A stretch of DNA of 64,000 nucleotides from Blastocladiella emersonii ATCC 22665 (GCA_025594325.1 JANHCV010000008.1:806001-870000); one strand, 5' to 3'; positions 36,701 through 49,099 are shown, counted from the stretch's first letter. Notes: generated from the sequence alone by a model not told the origin. Program-made: numbers and translations.

Positions 36701-39700
36701 CGTTCAATTCGGCGCAGCTCCACGCCGCCGCACCCGCGCCCGCGTCGGACGACGAGGCCGCGGTCGATGCGGCCAAGGTCAAGGAGATTCACCGCGCGTT
36801 TATCGACATGCTGAGCAAGCTCACCGCGTCGCCGTCGGTCGTGCGCGCGCTCGCCGCCATCCCCGCGTCCGCGAACCCGACGCTCGCGTTCCACCAGCTC
36901 AAGCGCGCGGCGCCGCTGATCCGCAACCTCGCGCACGCCCTGCACGGCACGCTGTACCAGGCGGCGCGCCACCACAAGACGCTGGCCAAGGCCGCATACG
37001 TGGTCGCGGTCAACATGACGAAGCTGGTGCGCCAGGGGTTCGGCGTCCCGCACGTGTCCGACGACGACGACGACGATGCGGGCAAGCAGGGCGACGGCAA
37101 GTTCGAGGAGGCGGTCGACGGGACCGGCATCGGCGCCGGCGAGGGCGCCAAGGACGTCTCGGACGAGATCGAGGACGAGGAGCAGGTGCTCGGGACCAAG
37201 GACCAGGACCAGGGCGACGCCGCCGACCAGGACCAGCAAAAGGAGAACAAGCCCGACGAGGGCATGGAGATGGAGAACGATTTCGACGGCGCGCTCGAGG
37301 ACCTGAACCTCGACGGCGACGACGACCGGCAGCAGCAGGAGGAGGAGTCGGGCGACGAATCGGGCGACGAGCCCGACGAGACCATGGGCGAGGTCGACAA
37401 GCCCGACGACACCAAGGTTGATGAGTCGCTGTGGCAGGACGACGAGGAGCAGGAGCTGCGCGAGGCCGACCTCGACAACGAGAAAGTCAACCGCGACACC
37501 CACGACGTCGAGCAGCTCGAGGACGACCAGACCGACGCCCCCGAGCAGCAGCAGCAGGACGGCGCTGACATGGACGAGAACTACGAGGGCCACATGGACG
37601 AGCAGGATTCGGACGTCGACGACCAGGACGACGAGACCGACCGCCGCCCCGACGCCGCCGATGCCAAGCCCAAGACCGAGGACCTGCAGGAGCAGGACGA
37701 GGGCATGGACGAGGACGCCGCCGACAAGCCCGAAGTCCAGGACGACGCAGCCAAGGACGAGGACATGGCCGACGCCGACGCTGACGAGTCGGCTGACCTG
37801 CCCGATGCCGCGGACGCCGAGGCCATGGACGAGGACGACGAGGCCGATGAGCCCGTGGGCGACGACGACGTGACGCGCGATCCCGCCGACGAGTCCACGG
37901 AGCAGCTCGAGGAGGAGAAGGAGGCCGCCGCCATGGACGTGGACGAGAACTACGACCAGCAGCAGGAGCAGGAGTCCGAGCAGCCCGAGAAGGAGGAGGA
38001 CGCGGCCGCGGATGGCGCCGACGAGGAGCAGCAGAAGCCCGAGCAGCCCGAGCAGGAGGACGAGGACGCGGCCGACGAGCCCGCGCCGCCGCACGAGACC
38101 CCCGCGGCGGGCGTTCCCGACGAAGCCGCGGGCGACGCGGCGGATGATGAAGACGACGCGACCGAGGTGCAGAAGCCGATGCCCGACGACGCCGAGGACA
38201 AAGTGCAGGTCGGCCTCACGAACAAGGACGACGGGCAGGACGACGCGCAGCAGCTGACCGAGGACGTGGCGGAGCGGTCGGGCCAGGCCGAGCAGGAGCA
38301 CGCCGACTCGCGCGCGACCGCGCAGCACGACGACGCGAGCGACCAGCACCAGGACCAGCGCAAGTCGCTCGGCGACGCCATCAAGGAGTGGAAGGAGCGG
38401 CTCAACATGATCGAGCGCCAGCAGAACGACGGCGCCGACCAGCCCGACCACCCGCCGCCGCCTCCCCCAAAAGACGACAAGGACCAGGAGTTCGAGTACG
38501 TCCAGAACGACGAGGACGAGGCCCACGACCAGACCATGGGCGCCGCCGAGGACAAAGACCAGCACGCGGCGATGCCGCAGTTCCCCGACGACGACGAGGA
38601 GGGCGACGCCATGGACCAGGACCCCGAGCCCGAGTCGCAGGAGCAGCCGCAGCAGCCGCCGCAGATCCCGCCCGCGGGCGCGGCCAACCCGGCCAGCGCG
38701 GCGCGCGAGTCGCGCGGCGACGACGGCGCGCAGGACGAGGACGACGACGACACGCCGTACCAGGTGCAGGCCAAGACCGACGAAGACGAGAAGCGGCTGA
38801 CCGAGGAGGAGGAGGCGGCGCTGCGCGAGTCGATCGCGGCCAAGGTGGCCGAGTGGAAGCAGGAGGTCGGGCACCACCACGGCTCGGCGCCCGAGCTGTG
38901 GCACCAGTACAAGGCGCTGACGCACAACTACGCGCTGCAGCTCACCGAGCAGCTGCGGCTGATCCTCGAGCCGACGCAGGCGGCCAAGCTCACGGGCGAC
39001 TTCAAGACGGGCAAGCGGCTCAACATGAAGAAGATCATCCCCTACATTGCGTCCGACTTCAAGAAGGACAAGATCTGGCTGCGCCGCACCAAGCCCTCGA
39101 AGCGCACCTACAACGTGCTGCTCGCCGTCGACGACTCGCTGTCCATGTCCGAGAACCGCAGCATCCAGCTCGCCTTCGAGTCGGTGTGCCTGCTCGCGCG
39201 CGCCATGACGCAGCTCGAGGTCGGCCATCTGGGCGTGGCCGCGTTCGGCGCCGACGTCGACATGGTGCACCCGTTCGAGCAGCCCTTCTCGGACGACGCG
39301 GGCGCCCGCGTCCTCGACCGGTTCACGTTCGCGCAGCAGCGCACGCACATGGTGCACCTGCTCGAGTCGGCGCTCGCCTCGTTCGAGCGCGCGTCGCTGT
39401 CCACCGGCGGCGGCGGCGGCGATACGTGGCAGCTGATGCTGGTCATCTCGGACGGGATCTGCGACGACCACGCGCGGCTGCGCAACCTGGTGCGCCGCGC
39501 GGCCGAGAAGCGGGTCGTGGTCGCCTTCATCGTGCTCGACCAGAAGCCCGAGGACGAGTCGATCCTCAAGATGACGTCGGTCAGCTTCGACGGCGGCAAG
39601 GTGCACATGAAAAAGTACATGGAGTCGTTCCCGTTCGACTTCTACGTCGTGCTGCGCGACGTGGCGCGGCTGCCCACGGTCCTGTCCGACGCGCTGCGCC

Positions 39701-39726
39701 AGTTCTTTGCGTTTGTTTCCCAGTAA
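24748..39726 (+). CDS. MDN1: Midasin/Rea1 AAA-ATPase, 2 exons (24748-25153, 25220-39726), ~4970 aa
   Basis: Six AAA modules (GITGSGKT, GETGCGKT, GPTSSGKT, GETGCGKT, GSPGVGKT, GPSGSGKT), long linker, D/E-rich region and C-terminal MIDAS/VWA (LLAVDDSLSM...ISDG). The intron restores frame (G+CC ATG). Confidence 0.98.
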
Positions 39727-39767
39727 TTTCTAGTTTTGTTCATTATATATTCATTAGTAGCGCTTTA

Positions 39768-41586
39768 TTATGCCACCCCCGCTCCCGCCGCCAACGCCCG
39801 CGCGATCCCGCCGATAATCGCGTCGACGACGGGTTGAACGTGCACAACGCCCGCGTGCCCCGCAGCCCAGTGCACGACCTTATCGCGGTGCCGCTCGAGC
39901 GCGGTGCGCATCCGCTTCTGCTTGTCCGGATCCGCCCTTGCCGCGCCCCAGAAGTGGCGGAGCAGCTCGGTCGCCGTCGCGTGCAGCTGCGTGAGCTCCT
40001 TGGCGGGACCCGCGGGGACCCCCAGGACGTCGAGCGACGCGACGGACCGGCTGGCCGTCGCGTGGTTACGCAGGAGGGAGGCGAGGTCGGCGGCCGCCGC
40101 GGCGCAGTCGTCGGCGCGGATCGCGGCGCCGAGGGAGAGTTTCGAGTGGGTGAAGGAGTCGGCGTACGCGGTGGGGGAGGTGGAGGAGGGGGTGGGGAAG
40201 CGGTACGCGGGGCGCGAGCCGGGGAACATGTGGCGGTCCGCGATGCGCAGCGGGATCAGCTCGTTGCGCGCGGGGAGCGACAGGTCGTCGATCTCGACTT
40301 CGTGCGCGAGGAGGTCGGATGAGGTGATCGGGTGGGTGCGCTGGTGCTCGCTACAGCGGCGGGGGTTAGAGTGCTGGTTGAGGGGAAAGGAGGACAACGT
40401 ACAGGACGGCCTTGAGGACCTGGGCCGAGTGGCGGTTAAAGTTGCGCAGGAGCGAGACCTCGGGGTCGAGCGGGTTGAAGGTCATCATCTTGTCGGGCGC
40501 GTTGCCGTTGATCTACACAATGACGCACCAGTCAGTCCCAGCCCTCCTCAACACTCCTTGGAAACGCACCTCGAGCCGGTCATTGAGCGTCGCAGCGAGA
40601 TCGAGCGTGAGCCGCACGTCGCCCGTGTCGCCCTTGCGGTTGAGCTCCTCGCGCAGGCACCGGTCGAACATGTCGTCGCTGTCGTCGTCCTTGCCGGCCG
40701 CCGCAGGCGCGGCCGATGCGGCGTCGGCGGGAGCGTTGGCGGTCGGGCGCAGCTTGTGCAGGAACTTGGAGCGGACAAACTGCGACCAGAAGTCGGCCTC
40801 AGACAGCTTGTCGGGGACCGTGTCGCGGTACATTTGGGCGACTAGACGGGAGGGTGAGCGCACGAACGTTCCCGAAAAAGAAGAAGCGCGTACCCGAGGG
40901 AAACTGGGTGAAGATAGCGTTGATGATCTGCGGGGTGAGGGTGTAGACGGACTTGTTCTCGACCGTCTTGGGCCGGACGTCGTGGAGCCAGGCGGATTTC
41001 GGTCCGCGGGCCTGCGACGCCTCGAGGGCGGCGCGCTCGACGAGGTCGCGGCGCGCCTCCCAGAACTCGGTCTCGGAGACCAGCTTGCCGTCCTTGACGA
41101 GGTCGCGGTGCAGCTTGGCGAGCGTGCGGTGCTTTTTCAGGAGCTCGGACCGCAGCACGAGCTCCTGGTCGAGCGGCAGGCTGGTGACGGCGCGGAGGGG
41201 TGCGGTTTCCGCGGGGGAAGCGAGGCGGCGCGCCATGAACGCGACGATCGCGTCCTTGACGGCGGCGCAGTGGCCGGCCGCGACGTCGGGGGAAGAGGCG
41301 GTGAAGTGGAACGTGTGGTCGTCGCCGGCCGTCGTGATCAGCTTGAGTACCGGTTTGCCCTTGGCGCTCTGCATCTGCGCTGCACTTGATGGTGGCGCGT
41401 GAGAGACGCGACGGGTCATGAGGGCGCAGAAAACGCACTCTTGACGTCGGCGAGCGCGACCTCGAGGCGGCGGACGGCGCCGTCGTCGCGCGCCTGCTCG
41501 AAGACGAGCCGGTCGTCCGCGGTCAGGGCGAGCGTGCCGTCGCGCTTTTTAATGCGGGCGGGGACGGCGAGGATGGCTGATGACAT
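39768..41586 (-). CDS. TFB1: TFIIH subunit Tfb1/p62 (PH + BSD domains), multi-exon
   Basis: N-terminal PH-like IKKRDGTLAL...GKPVLKL, BSD motifs SETEFWEARR and LSEADFWSQFVRSK, and C-terminal ATELLRHFW. First intron 41438-41380. Confidence 0.85.
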
Positions 41587-41821
41587 GTTGCATGAGCTTT
41601 CGTGGGTGGTTATTGCTTGATCGTTGAGGGAGGGAGGGGAGATGAGCGCGGAACGCGACCGGGTCAAGTCGACGGCGGCGGCTGCCACGGCAATCAGCGG
41701 GGCGCGGTCAGCTGACGCACGGCGCCACGAGGCCGGCGCGTCGCCTTCGCCACGTTCTTCGGCGAGCGCTCTCTCTCCCCGTCAAGGAAGCAACCCCCAG
41801 TAACCGCAACGCATCAACACC

Positions 41822-42861
41822 ATGGGCTACTACGACGGCGCCGACGCCGTGATCGTGCTGGACCCGGCGATCCGCAACTGGGTGCTGTTCCCGATCCTGG
41901 TCGTCATGCTGCTCGTCGGCATCCTGCGCCACTACGTCACCTCGTACTTCGGCACCTCGACGGGCCCCGCCAAGCAGGACTACGCCGACACGCGCCAGCT
42001 GCAGTCGGTGCTGCGGTCCGTCACCCTGCGCCGCCACGCCGCCCACGTCCCGCCCGCCGCCGTCGCCGCGCGCAAGGAGTACCTCGCCAAGGCCTTCAAG
42101 GCCCGCACCTACCTCAAGCTCAAGCAGGAGGTGGCGGCGAGCACCGACCCCGACGCCCCGCCCATGCCCGACATGTCGTCCATGGACGGCATGATGGACA
42201 TGATGAAGAAGAACATGGCCATGATTGTCCCGCAGACGCTGATCATGTCGTTCATCAACGCGTTTTTCTCCGGTTTCTTGCTCAGTCCGTTCTTCTACGC
42301 TTTATCTGCGCTTCGTTTGCCGCTCACACCCGTTCGTGTAGTCAAGCTCCCCTTCCCCCTCACCGTCCGCTTCAAGTCCATGCTGCAGAGCGGCATCGCC
42401 ACCCCGGACCTCGACACGGCCTGGGTCTCGTCGCTCTCGTGGTACTTTCTCAACCTGTTCGGCCTCAACCCGATCTTCCGCTTGATCCTCGGCCAGAACA
42501 ACGGTACCCGTTTCCTCCCCTACCCTCTCGCCCCACCCCCACTCACCCCCTCCCCACTCACCGTGTAGCCGCCGACGGCGCCGCCGCCATGGCCGCCATG
42601 AACCCCATGGCCGCCGCCGGCGCATCCGCCGCGTCCTCGTCGGGCCCCGCTGTCTCGGGCGACGTGCCCATGCCCGAGATGCCGACCCAGGCCATGCCCG
42701 GGATGCCCGGCATGCCCGGCATGCCCGGCCAGGACAAGGGCTTCGAGAAGACCTTCGACACCGAGACCGAGTACCTGCAGCTCATGGACGCGGGCGCCAA
42801 GTGGATGGGCGACGGCATCGAGCGCCGTGTCATTGACCTGCTCAAGGCCACGTCCGCGTAG
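41822..42861 (+). CDS. EMC3: ER membrane protein complex subunit 3, 3 exons
   Basis: LDPAIRNWVLFPI, PQTLIMSFINAFFSGF, KLPFPLTVRFKSMLQSGI and VSSLSWYFLNLFGL motifs; two GT-AG introns. Confidence 0.95.
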
Positions 42862-42903
42862 GGTTGGTGACCAAGTATATAATCGTTGACATGCATGTAT
42901 TGT

Positions 42904-43362
42904 TTACTCCGCGACCTGCTCGTCCTCACCCGCACCGCCCGCCGCCGCAGCGGAGCCCTCCGCCTTCTGCTCCTCGACTGCCCGGCGCGCGTGCACAAAC
43001 AGCTTGCACACCATCCGCTCCATGGTCTCAATCGACTCGGCCTCCTTGGCGGGCAACTCGACCCCGCTTGTCACCTCGCGGATCGTCAGCAGGCACCCGG
43101 ACGCCGCCTGCAGGTGCGGCAGGATCGACATGGCCTCGTCGGCCGTCTCGAGCGTCTCGCCCAGACCGAGCGCCTGGATCGATGCCAGGTGGCCGAGGAG
43201 CTCGGCGAGCGGGCGGGCGTAGATGCGGTCGCCGCCGGCGGAGGAGGGGGGGTTGGCGGTGGGGAGCTGCAAGGGAGTAGTGGACGGCGTCGCGGCAGCA
43301 GCGGCGGGCTTGCGCTGCGGACGCTTCTTGCGCGCGGCGGCACGTTGCGCGTTGAAGCCCAT
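42904..43362 (-). CDS. Family D member 1 (152 aa)
   Basis: MGFNAQRAAARKKRP start and ILPHLQ core. Confidence 0.7.
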   Translation of the reverse strand: MGFNAQRAAARKKRPQRKPAAAAATPSTTPLQLPTANPPSSAGGDRIYARPLAELLGHLASIQALGLGETLETADEAMSILPHLQAASGCLLTIREVTSGVELPAKEAESIETMERMVCKLFVHARRAVEEQKAEGSAAAAGGAGEDEQVAE

Positions 43363-43570
43363 GGTCTTGGCCGAGTGTCGAGGAGAACGAGCAGGAACGT
43401 CAAGTGCGTGAGCGCGGCGGCCGAAACGAGAAACGAGACGTCCTCGCTGGTGTGCGCCAGGCGCACTAAAAGCATGGCGCACATGTGTGGCGTCGCCTCG
43501 ATCAATTTCGAGTTTGCTTCCCTCTAGCATCCCTTCGATGGGTGATCATAGTGTCCAGTCTCTGATCTAG

Positions 43571-43833
43571 CTAAAAATCTTGAGGTTGTAGACTTGGACT
43601 CGTCCATTTGAAGAGGCGGGGATCGCTTGCGCACAAGTGCTCCGCTTGGATCAACTCTCCCATCACGACGCGCAAGCCGCTAACGCTCTGCGACGTTCTG
43701 CTGATCGAAGCCATGGTACACTCAAGGATGAAACTGCGTTCAATGTCGTCGTGCGCCAACTTGAAGCGTCCTCGCGCGCCCTAGGGAGAGCTGGATCGGC
43801 CATCGTTTCCGCACGCGTTCGGCGTTTGGTCCA
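43571..43833 (-). pseudogene. Possible degraded family D remnant
   Basis: ccATG context followed, one base out of frame, by PNAERVRKRWP, which resembles NAQR...KKRP; a helical fragment lies downstream. Confidence 0.3.
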
Positions 43834-43989
43834 TGGTGATGGCCGTGGCCAGATCTCGTTGCCTTTCCGGGTTTCCTAAGCTTGTGAGGAAGATGCGCTG
43901 TCCACAATCGCCAGTATGATCCTGCTCTCAACAAGCGACCGTAAGCACTGATCTACAAGCTTAGAGTATGCAATCTGAACGTTCATTCA

Positions 43990-44442
43990 TTACTCGTCGA
44001 CCTCAACGATCCGCGTCGTATCGTCACTTGCGCCGCGCACTGGAACCGCCCGGCCCTCCACGATGCGGCGGAATTTGGCGATCAGGTAGCGCATCGACCG
44101 CTCCGTGCCGACTAGGTGGCTCAGATCCGGCGGAGGGATGACGGCGAGCGGGTCGTAGTTGTCGCGCAGCTCCCGAAGCTGCTGGATACACCTGGCCGCG
44201 GACTCGAGGTGCGGCAGCAGGGCCGCGGCTTTCTCGAGCGATTCTGCGGCAGTGGCTGGGTCGAGTTGTTCGATGTTGGTCAAGTGAGCATGCAGCTCGC
44301 CGAGCGGGCGCTGAAAGGCCGCAAACGCGGCCGTGTCTTCGAACCGCTGCGGAGGCGTCGCCGGCTTGCCTCGCGCCTGGGTCCCAGGTTTGCTCCGCGG
44401 ACGCTTCTTCTGGGCAGCGGCACGTTGCGCGTTGTAGCCCAT
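43990..44442 (-). CDS. Family D member 2 (150 aa)
   Basis: MGYNAQRAAAQKKRP start, LLPHLE core, ends DDTTRIVEVDE. Confidence 0.75.
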   Translation of the reverse strand: MGYNAQRAAAQKKRPRSKPGTQARGKPATPPQRFEDTAAFAAFQRPLGELHAHLTNIEQLDPATAAESLEKAAALLPHLESAARCIQQLRELRDNYDPLAVIPPPDLSHLVGTERSMRYLIAKFRRIVEGRAVPVRGASDDTTRIVEVDE

Positions 44443-44681
44443 GGTCTTGGTCAAGTGTCGAGGAGGAAGAGGGGTGGCCGAGGGAGGAGAAGCGAGTCTC
44501 GAACACAAGTGTGACGGTCGACTTGACGCACGCCCACGTGTGTGTCGCAGGCCTGGCGCCCTTTCGCCTCGCCTCGCCCATCGGCGGCTCACGAAGTCGC
44601 GTTCTGGTCACCAAGACGACGATATATACAAACGAGACTCTCGTGTCGAAACACTGCAGACCCACCAGCTCGGCCCGCGCG

Positions 44682-45110
44682 TCACGGCTGGTTCTCAATC
44701 CCGGGCTGCTCGCGGCGCAACCTCTCCATGCCGGCCTTGATGTCCTCGATCTGGTCGCGCAGGATCGCCTCGTGCTCGGTGAGCTGAGCCATCTTGGCGC
44801 GGTACACGGCGGCCTGGGCCGCGGTCTCGCGGCGAGGCCGGGTGGCCGCGAGCGTCTCCATGACGACGTGCATCGACGCGAGCGTCGTCTCCATGGGCGG
44901 CAGCGCGGCTGCGATTTGCTGGTAAGTCATGGTGCACGGAGGCTGGTTCGCGGTGGTCGCCCCGATGGCGTCCAGCTGCTGCACCGCGGCCGTCAGCGGG
45001 CCGACGGACTCGCGCAGCACGCGCGTGTGGTTGGCGGCGGGCGCGGCGGTCCGTGGAGCGCGCGGCGGGCGCTTCTTGGTGGCGGCAGCTTTTTGCGCGG
45101 TGTATCCCAT
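44682..45110 (-). CDS. Family D member 3 (142 aa)
   Basis: MGYTAQKAAATKKRP start, LPPME...RPRR...EHEAILR core, strong GC3 bias. Confidence 0.75.
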   Translation of the reverse strand: MGYTAQKAAATKKRPPRAPRTAAPAANHTRVLRESVGPLTAAVQQLDAIGATTANQPPCTMTYQQIAAALPPMETTLASMHVVMETLAATRPRRETAAQAAVYRAKMAQLTEHEAILRDQIEDIKAGMERLRREQPGIENQP

Positions 45111-45221
45111 TGCAGTAGGTCAAGTTGATTCGTGCAGCAAGGAGAGGGAGGGATCGCTCGAGCGGGGCCGGGCGAGGAACGCGCGCGAGCGATCGGCGGC
45201 TGACGCGCGCTGGTCAGGTGA

Positions 45222-45236
45222 GTGTGGCGCAACGCG
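45222..45236 (-). promoter_or_regulatory. Shared upstream motif (gtgtggcgcaacgcg), D3
   Basis: ~112 bp upstream of the ATG at 45110. Confidence 0.55.
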
Positions 45237-45729
45237 ACGCAGAGGCGCGAAGCGACTCGCGCACGCTCCTGCCGCCCCCGCTATGGATGATATGGGCGTC
45301 CAATGGATCATTTGCTGCCTGCAAACATATTTTGGGACCTCGTGACAAGGTAAAATTACGTCGTTTGCAGTCACGGTCAAGCCGCTGCCTTGGCGCGTGG
45401 TGCTCGTGACGGCTCGATCGCCGGCGCCGACTCAACTCGATCCGTGACGCTCAACAATGAAGCGATAGATGTTGCTGCGATGGTGACTGCGGTCCGCGCC
45501 GTGTCGAGCTGAGGCCACTAGATGTGGAGCGTCTGCGCATCGCCGGCCAGGTTGAGTGATGGTGCCACCTGTTTCGAGCGCGGGAGAGTTGAGCGTCGTG
45601 CCATACCTCGCGCCAACGCGTACAAGTAAGATGCCCGTTGCACTCGCACGCCCGAAGAGAGACGCTAGGACAACTGTTCGTTCAGTAATGCAAGTATTCA
45701 GACCAGCGCACGCGCGCACTTTGGTCCGC

Positions 45730-46248
45730 CTATTCAAGCTCCTCAATCCGGTCCTCGGTCGGCTTCCTGCCCGACTCTGCAGCCTGCTGCTTCTCCACCA
45801 GCATCTTGCGAGCCTTCTCGAGAATCAACCCCATGGCCTCATCCTGCTTGCCCACCCGATTGAGATCGTTGATGTGGGCGATCGCCTTCTGCAACGTTGA
45901 GGGACCAGCAATTGAGACTTGGAGGTACAGGTACTTGCGCTGCAAGTGCGAGACAAGGGCCTCGAGGATTGAAATCATCTCGATGAGCTGCTCGGTCGCT
46001 CCACGCGTCGGCAGCGGTTTGCCGTTTGGGAACAGCGCATCCAGCGCGTGCACATGTCGCATCGTGACGGGGTCGGTTTCGCCAATGAAGCCAGGTGTAA
46101 ACCCGTTTGGGTGAGGCGGCAGGGTGGGATCTGTTGATTCAGGTGCTGATGGTGCAGGAGGTGTGTACTTGGATGGCGTCGGTTCGGGGGCGCGCGGGCG
46201 ACGGGCACGTCGCTTGGTCGCTGCAGCCTTTTGCGCACTGTAACCCAT
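45730..46248 (-). CDS. Family D member 4 (172 aa)
   Basis: MGYSAQKAAATKRRARR start, ends TEDRIEELE. Confidence 0.7.
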   Translation of the reverse strand: MGYSAQKAAATKRRARRPRAPEPTPSKYTPPAPSAPESTDPTLPPHPNGFTPGFIGETDPVTMRHVHALDALFPNGKPLPTRGATEQLIEMISILEALVSHLQRKYLYLQVSIAGPSTLQKAIAHINDLNRVGKQDEAMGLILEKARKMLVEKQQAAESGRKPTEDRIEELE

Positions 46249-46480
46249 GGTGATGATACGTGGTTTGCAGAGAGTAGATGAACGAGAGCTGCGGACCTGG
46301 AGGACAAAGGCTCGACTCAATGCTCACGCACTCCTTGAGCGCGAAAACGCGACGAAGTCATGTGGCTGCGCCACTCCTGATGAGCGCGCGGCGCCTCACG
46401 CTCACCGCGCGATGCCGAACCACGGAGTCCAGTTCAGATCACAAGAACGGATATATTTATGTTGAGCTTCGTGCGTCGCA

Positions 46481-46942
46481 TCAAGCCGACGCACCCGCTG
46501 ACGCGTCGCGGCCCTGAAGCAGCCCCGGGTGCTCGCGGTTCACCTGCTCGATGGTCGCCTTGATATGCGCAATCTGGGCACGCAGGTGGGCCTCGCACTC
46601 GGCGACGTGCGCTACCGTTCTCTTGTTTACGAGCGCCTCCGAAGCCGACATGCGCCGCGGCCGGCATGCGGCGTAGGCCTCCATGATCCCAGGCATCGTC
46701 GCCACTGTTGCTTCCATGTGCGGTAGCCCGTCCACTGCTTGTTCGAACGTCATGGAGTCGTGCGGCAGGTGCGTGTTGGCCGAGGACATGGCGTCGAGAA
46801 ACGCTTCGGCAGCCGCGAGCGGGGCAGCCGCCTCCCGCACGTGCAGCGCGGCCGCGGAGCTCGCGTCTGGCGGCGGGGCGGGCCGGAACGAGCGCCGTGG
46901 ACGCTTCTTGGTGGCGGAAGATTTTTGCGCGTTGTATCCCAT
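46481..46942 (-). CDS. Family D member 5 (153 aa)
   Basis: MGYNAQKSSATKKRP start, LPHME...RPRR core; closest to D3. Confidence 0.75.
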   Translation of the reverse strand: MGYNAQKSSATKKRPRRSFRPAPPPDASSAAALHVREAAAPLAAAEAFLDAMSSANTHLPHDSMTFEQAVDGLPHMEATVATMPGIMEAYAACRPRRMSASEALVNKRTVAHVAECEAHLRAQIAHIKATIEQVNREHPGLLQGRDASAGASA

Positions 46943-47040
46943 TGCAGCAGGTGAAGATGATTTACACGGAGAGGAGCGAGCTCGAGCAGGACGAGCTTGG
47001 GAAAACGCGCGATCGGCGACCGACGCGTCGGTCAGGTGAT

Positions 47041-47054
47041 TGTGGCGCAACGCG
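47041..47054 (-). promoter_or_regulatory. Shared upstream motif (tgtggcgcaacgcg), D5
   Basis: ~100 bp upstream of the ATG at 46942. Confidence 0.55.
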
Positions 47055-48366
47055 ACGAATGGGGCTACTCGACTCAACCCGCGCTTTCCCTGGCAGCCAG
47101 TTCAAGAAAGTAAATATCACTTGATGCATTCGCCGCTTCTTGCAAATGCAGCTAGTGATCCGTGGCCGGCGTTGCCTCGCGTCCAGGGGAGAGATCCCGT
47201 CGTTGCGGTCGCTTGGGCGGTCGCTTCATGACGAAGTAATCGCGTCGACTTTGGTCCTCGACTGATCTCGTCCCACCTGGTTTATCTCGGCAGTCATTTT
47301 CAACCGGAGAGAACCTGGACTACTAGAGATGACGTGCGGGCTCGCTGCTGTCGGACGCGTCCTGATATCATGTGGGTGCGGCGTGACGCGGTGGAGACGA
47401 AGATCGCGATGCGAAACGGGCGGCGACTTGGATGCCCGCCGACTTCCTTCTGCTACTTGCCCAACCGTGTTACACCACAGAACTTCATGTAACTCCATGC
47501 AAGCCGCATATCGGGTTCCGAGTAGCGACCTGATAGCTTAACGCAGTGATCGGCTCGCAGTTTTCGCACCGGGAGGCCCGCGTCGCAGCCGCCCGCCGCG
47601 GCGGCGGACTGTCGAGCGCTTCACAAGCATACATTGCTGAACCTTATGACACTGCTACTTGAATCGACTCGCTCCATCGCTTCATTTTAGACTCGCGCCG
47701 GAACTGAGAGCAAAGGACACGTGCAGCATGTACGTCCTGTTGGACTACGTCTTCGGGCCTTTGCGATCCGGACCCGGTTCGCAAGAGTTCTCAGTGGGTA
47801 AGGAGGCATCGAAGTAGCGCTACATACAGAGCCCGCGTCTCGACCGCTCCCACGGTCGCTTTTTCTCGTGCAGCCGCCAAACCGCTGGCGCTCCGCGGTG
47901 TGTAACCAGTCACCGGACTGTGATGATCATCAGCTTTGGTCATCCGCGTTTCCTGGCTTCTTTGTTCGCTTGTTGAACAGCTGTCATCACCATCACACGC
48001 TGCTAGCTGCACCTCGTTCCGATGTACCCCACGCTGCTTGAATGATGCTTCCAAGGCGCATTATCCAGCGCCACCTCGTGCCTCAGTGCTTTGTCGAACG
48101 GGAGACAGCGTGTCCTTGCGTCAGCGCACTGCTCGCAACAGCAAGCGACGCAGGCCGCGAAGCTGTACACTCATCGAACAGGCTTTACTCGCAGAAAGGT
48201 TTACACTTGCTCAAAGATGACGGGAGCGACGGGCACGGCTGCACTTCAGATCTTGCTTCAAAGCGGGTACTCGGATTGATCAATCACAACTGCAGATGCA
48301 TTCAATCACACACTCGCGCGCGCGTGATCGCTACCGCGCGCTTCTCTTCAATGCGCTGTCACCGCC

Positions 48367-48888
48367 TTACACGCGCCCGCGCTGGCGCTGGCGCGCGGCA
48401 AGCGCTTGGCGGGACCGCTCGATCGACTGGCGCGAGGTGCGCTCCTGGAGCAGCAGCTGGTTGAGGCAGTCGGTCAGCGCAAACGCCGTCTCCACGGTCG
48501 CGACCCCGAGCGTCCACGACTCGAGCGTCTGGCGCTTCTGCTGTACGTGCGCGAGCAGAGCCTCCTGGTGTGTGATCAGCACGGCAATGTCCTGGGCGGT
48601 GAGGTTGCGCGGCGCTGCACCGGGCCCAGCGCTGGCCCCAGTGATGGCGTTGATGGCGTTGACGTGGTGCAGGATCACTGGGTCGTTGTCGGCATCGAGT
48701 GCGGCCTCAACGCCGTAGAGCGGACTCGTGGGCAGGGCCGCCGACCATGCGGGCGTGACTGGCGCACAGCCCGGCGGACGAGGACCCACGGCAACGCGGG
48801 CAGCCGATGCGGGCGGAGCCGACTCGGAAGGGCGCGGGCGGCGCGCGCACCGCTTTGCGGATGCATTCTTTTGCGCGTTGAATTCCAT
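48367..48888 (-). CDS. Family D member 6 (173 aa)
   Basis: MEFNAQKNASAKR start; RPPGCAPVTPAWS...LYGVEAALDAD block shared with D10 and D11. Confidence 0.75.
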   Translation of the reverse strand: MEFNAQKNASAKRCARRPRPSESAPPASAARVAVGPRPPGCAPVTPAWSAALPTSPLYGVEAALDADNDPVILHHVNAINAITGASAGPGAAPRNLTAQDIAVLITHQEALLAHVQQKRQTLESWTLGVATVETAFALTDCLNQLLLQERTSRQSIERSRQALAARQRQRGRV

Positions 48889-49005
48889 GGTGTCGATGCG
48901 TTGTTTGTGGTTTGGGTGGCGGAGAGAAGGAATCGAGCGGGTCGCCGATTTCCTCGACAAGTCGGCCGAACGCGGAGTTGACTCACGCGGCTGGCCCACA
49001 CGCGC

Positions 49006-49024
49006 GAGTGTGGCGCAAAACGCG
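49006..49024 (-). promoter_or_regulatory. Shared upstream motif (gagtgtggcgcaaaacgcg), D6
   Basis: ~120 bp upstream of the ATG at 48888. Confidence 0.5.
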
Positions 49025-49099
49025 TTCGGCGATGGGAGTGACGGGAATTGTGGCTGGGCGCGACGCGTCTCATGTCTCGCATCCCCAAGCGACGCTGAC

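Noticed and set aside
37050-38850. Repetitive GAC/GAG-rich tract as a repeat array or CRISPR
   Set aside because: It is the coding D/E-rich region of midasin. No repeat-spacer structure exists anywhere in this eukaryotic window.
26770-39606. Very long antisense ORFs (3113 aa and 1146 aa) opposite midasin, and 6311..7948 opposite the subtilisin
   Set aside because: Expected shadow frames: extreme GC3 bias removes antisense stop codons. The translations are V/L/E/R-biased with no motifs.
42660-42735. MPGMPGMPGMPG repeat in EMC3
   Set aside because: Ordinary Met/Gly/Pro low-complexity linker in the variable EMC3 C-terminal region.
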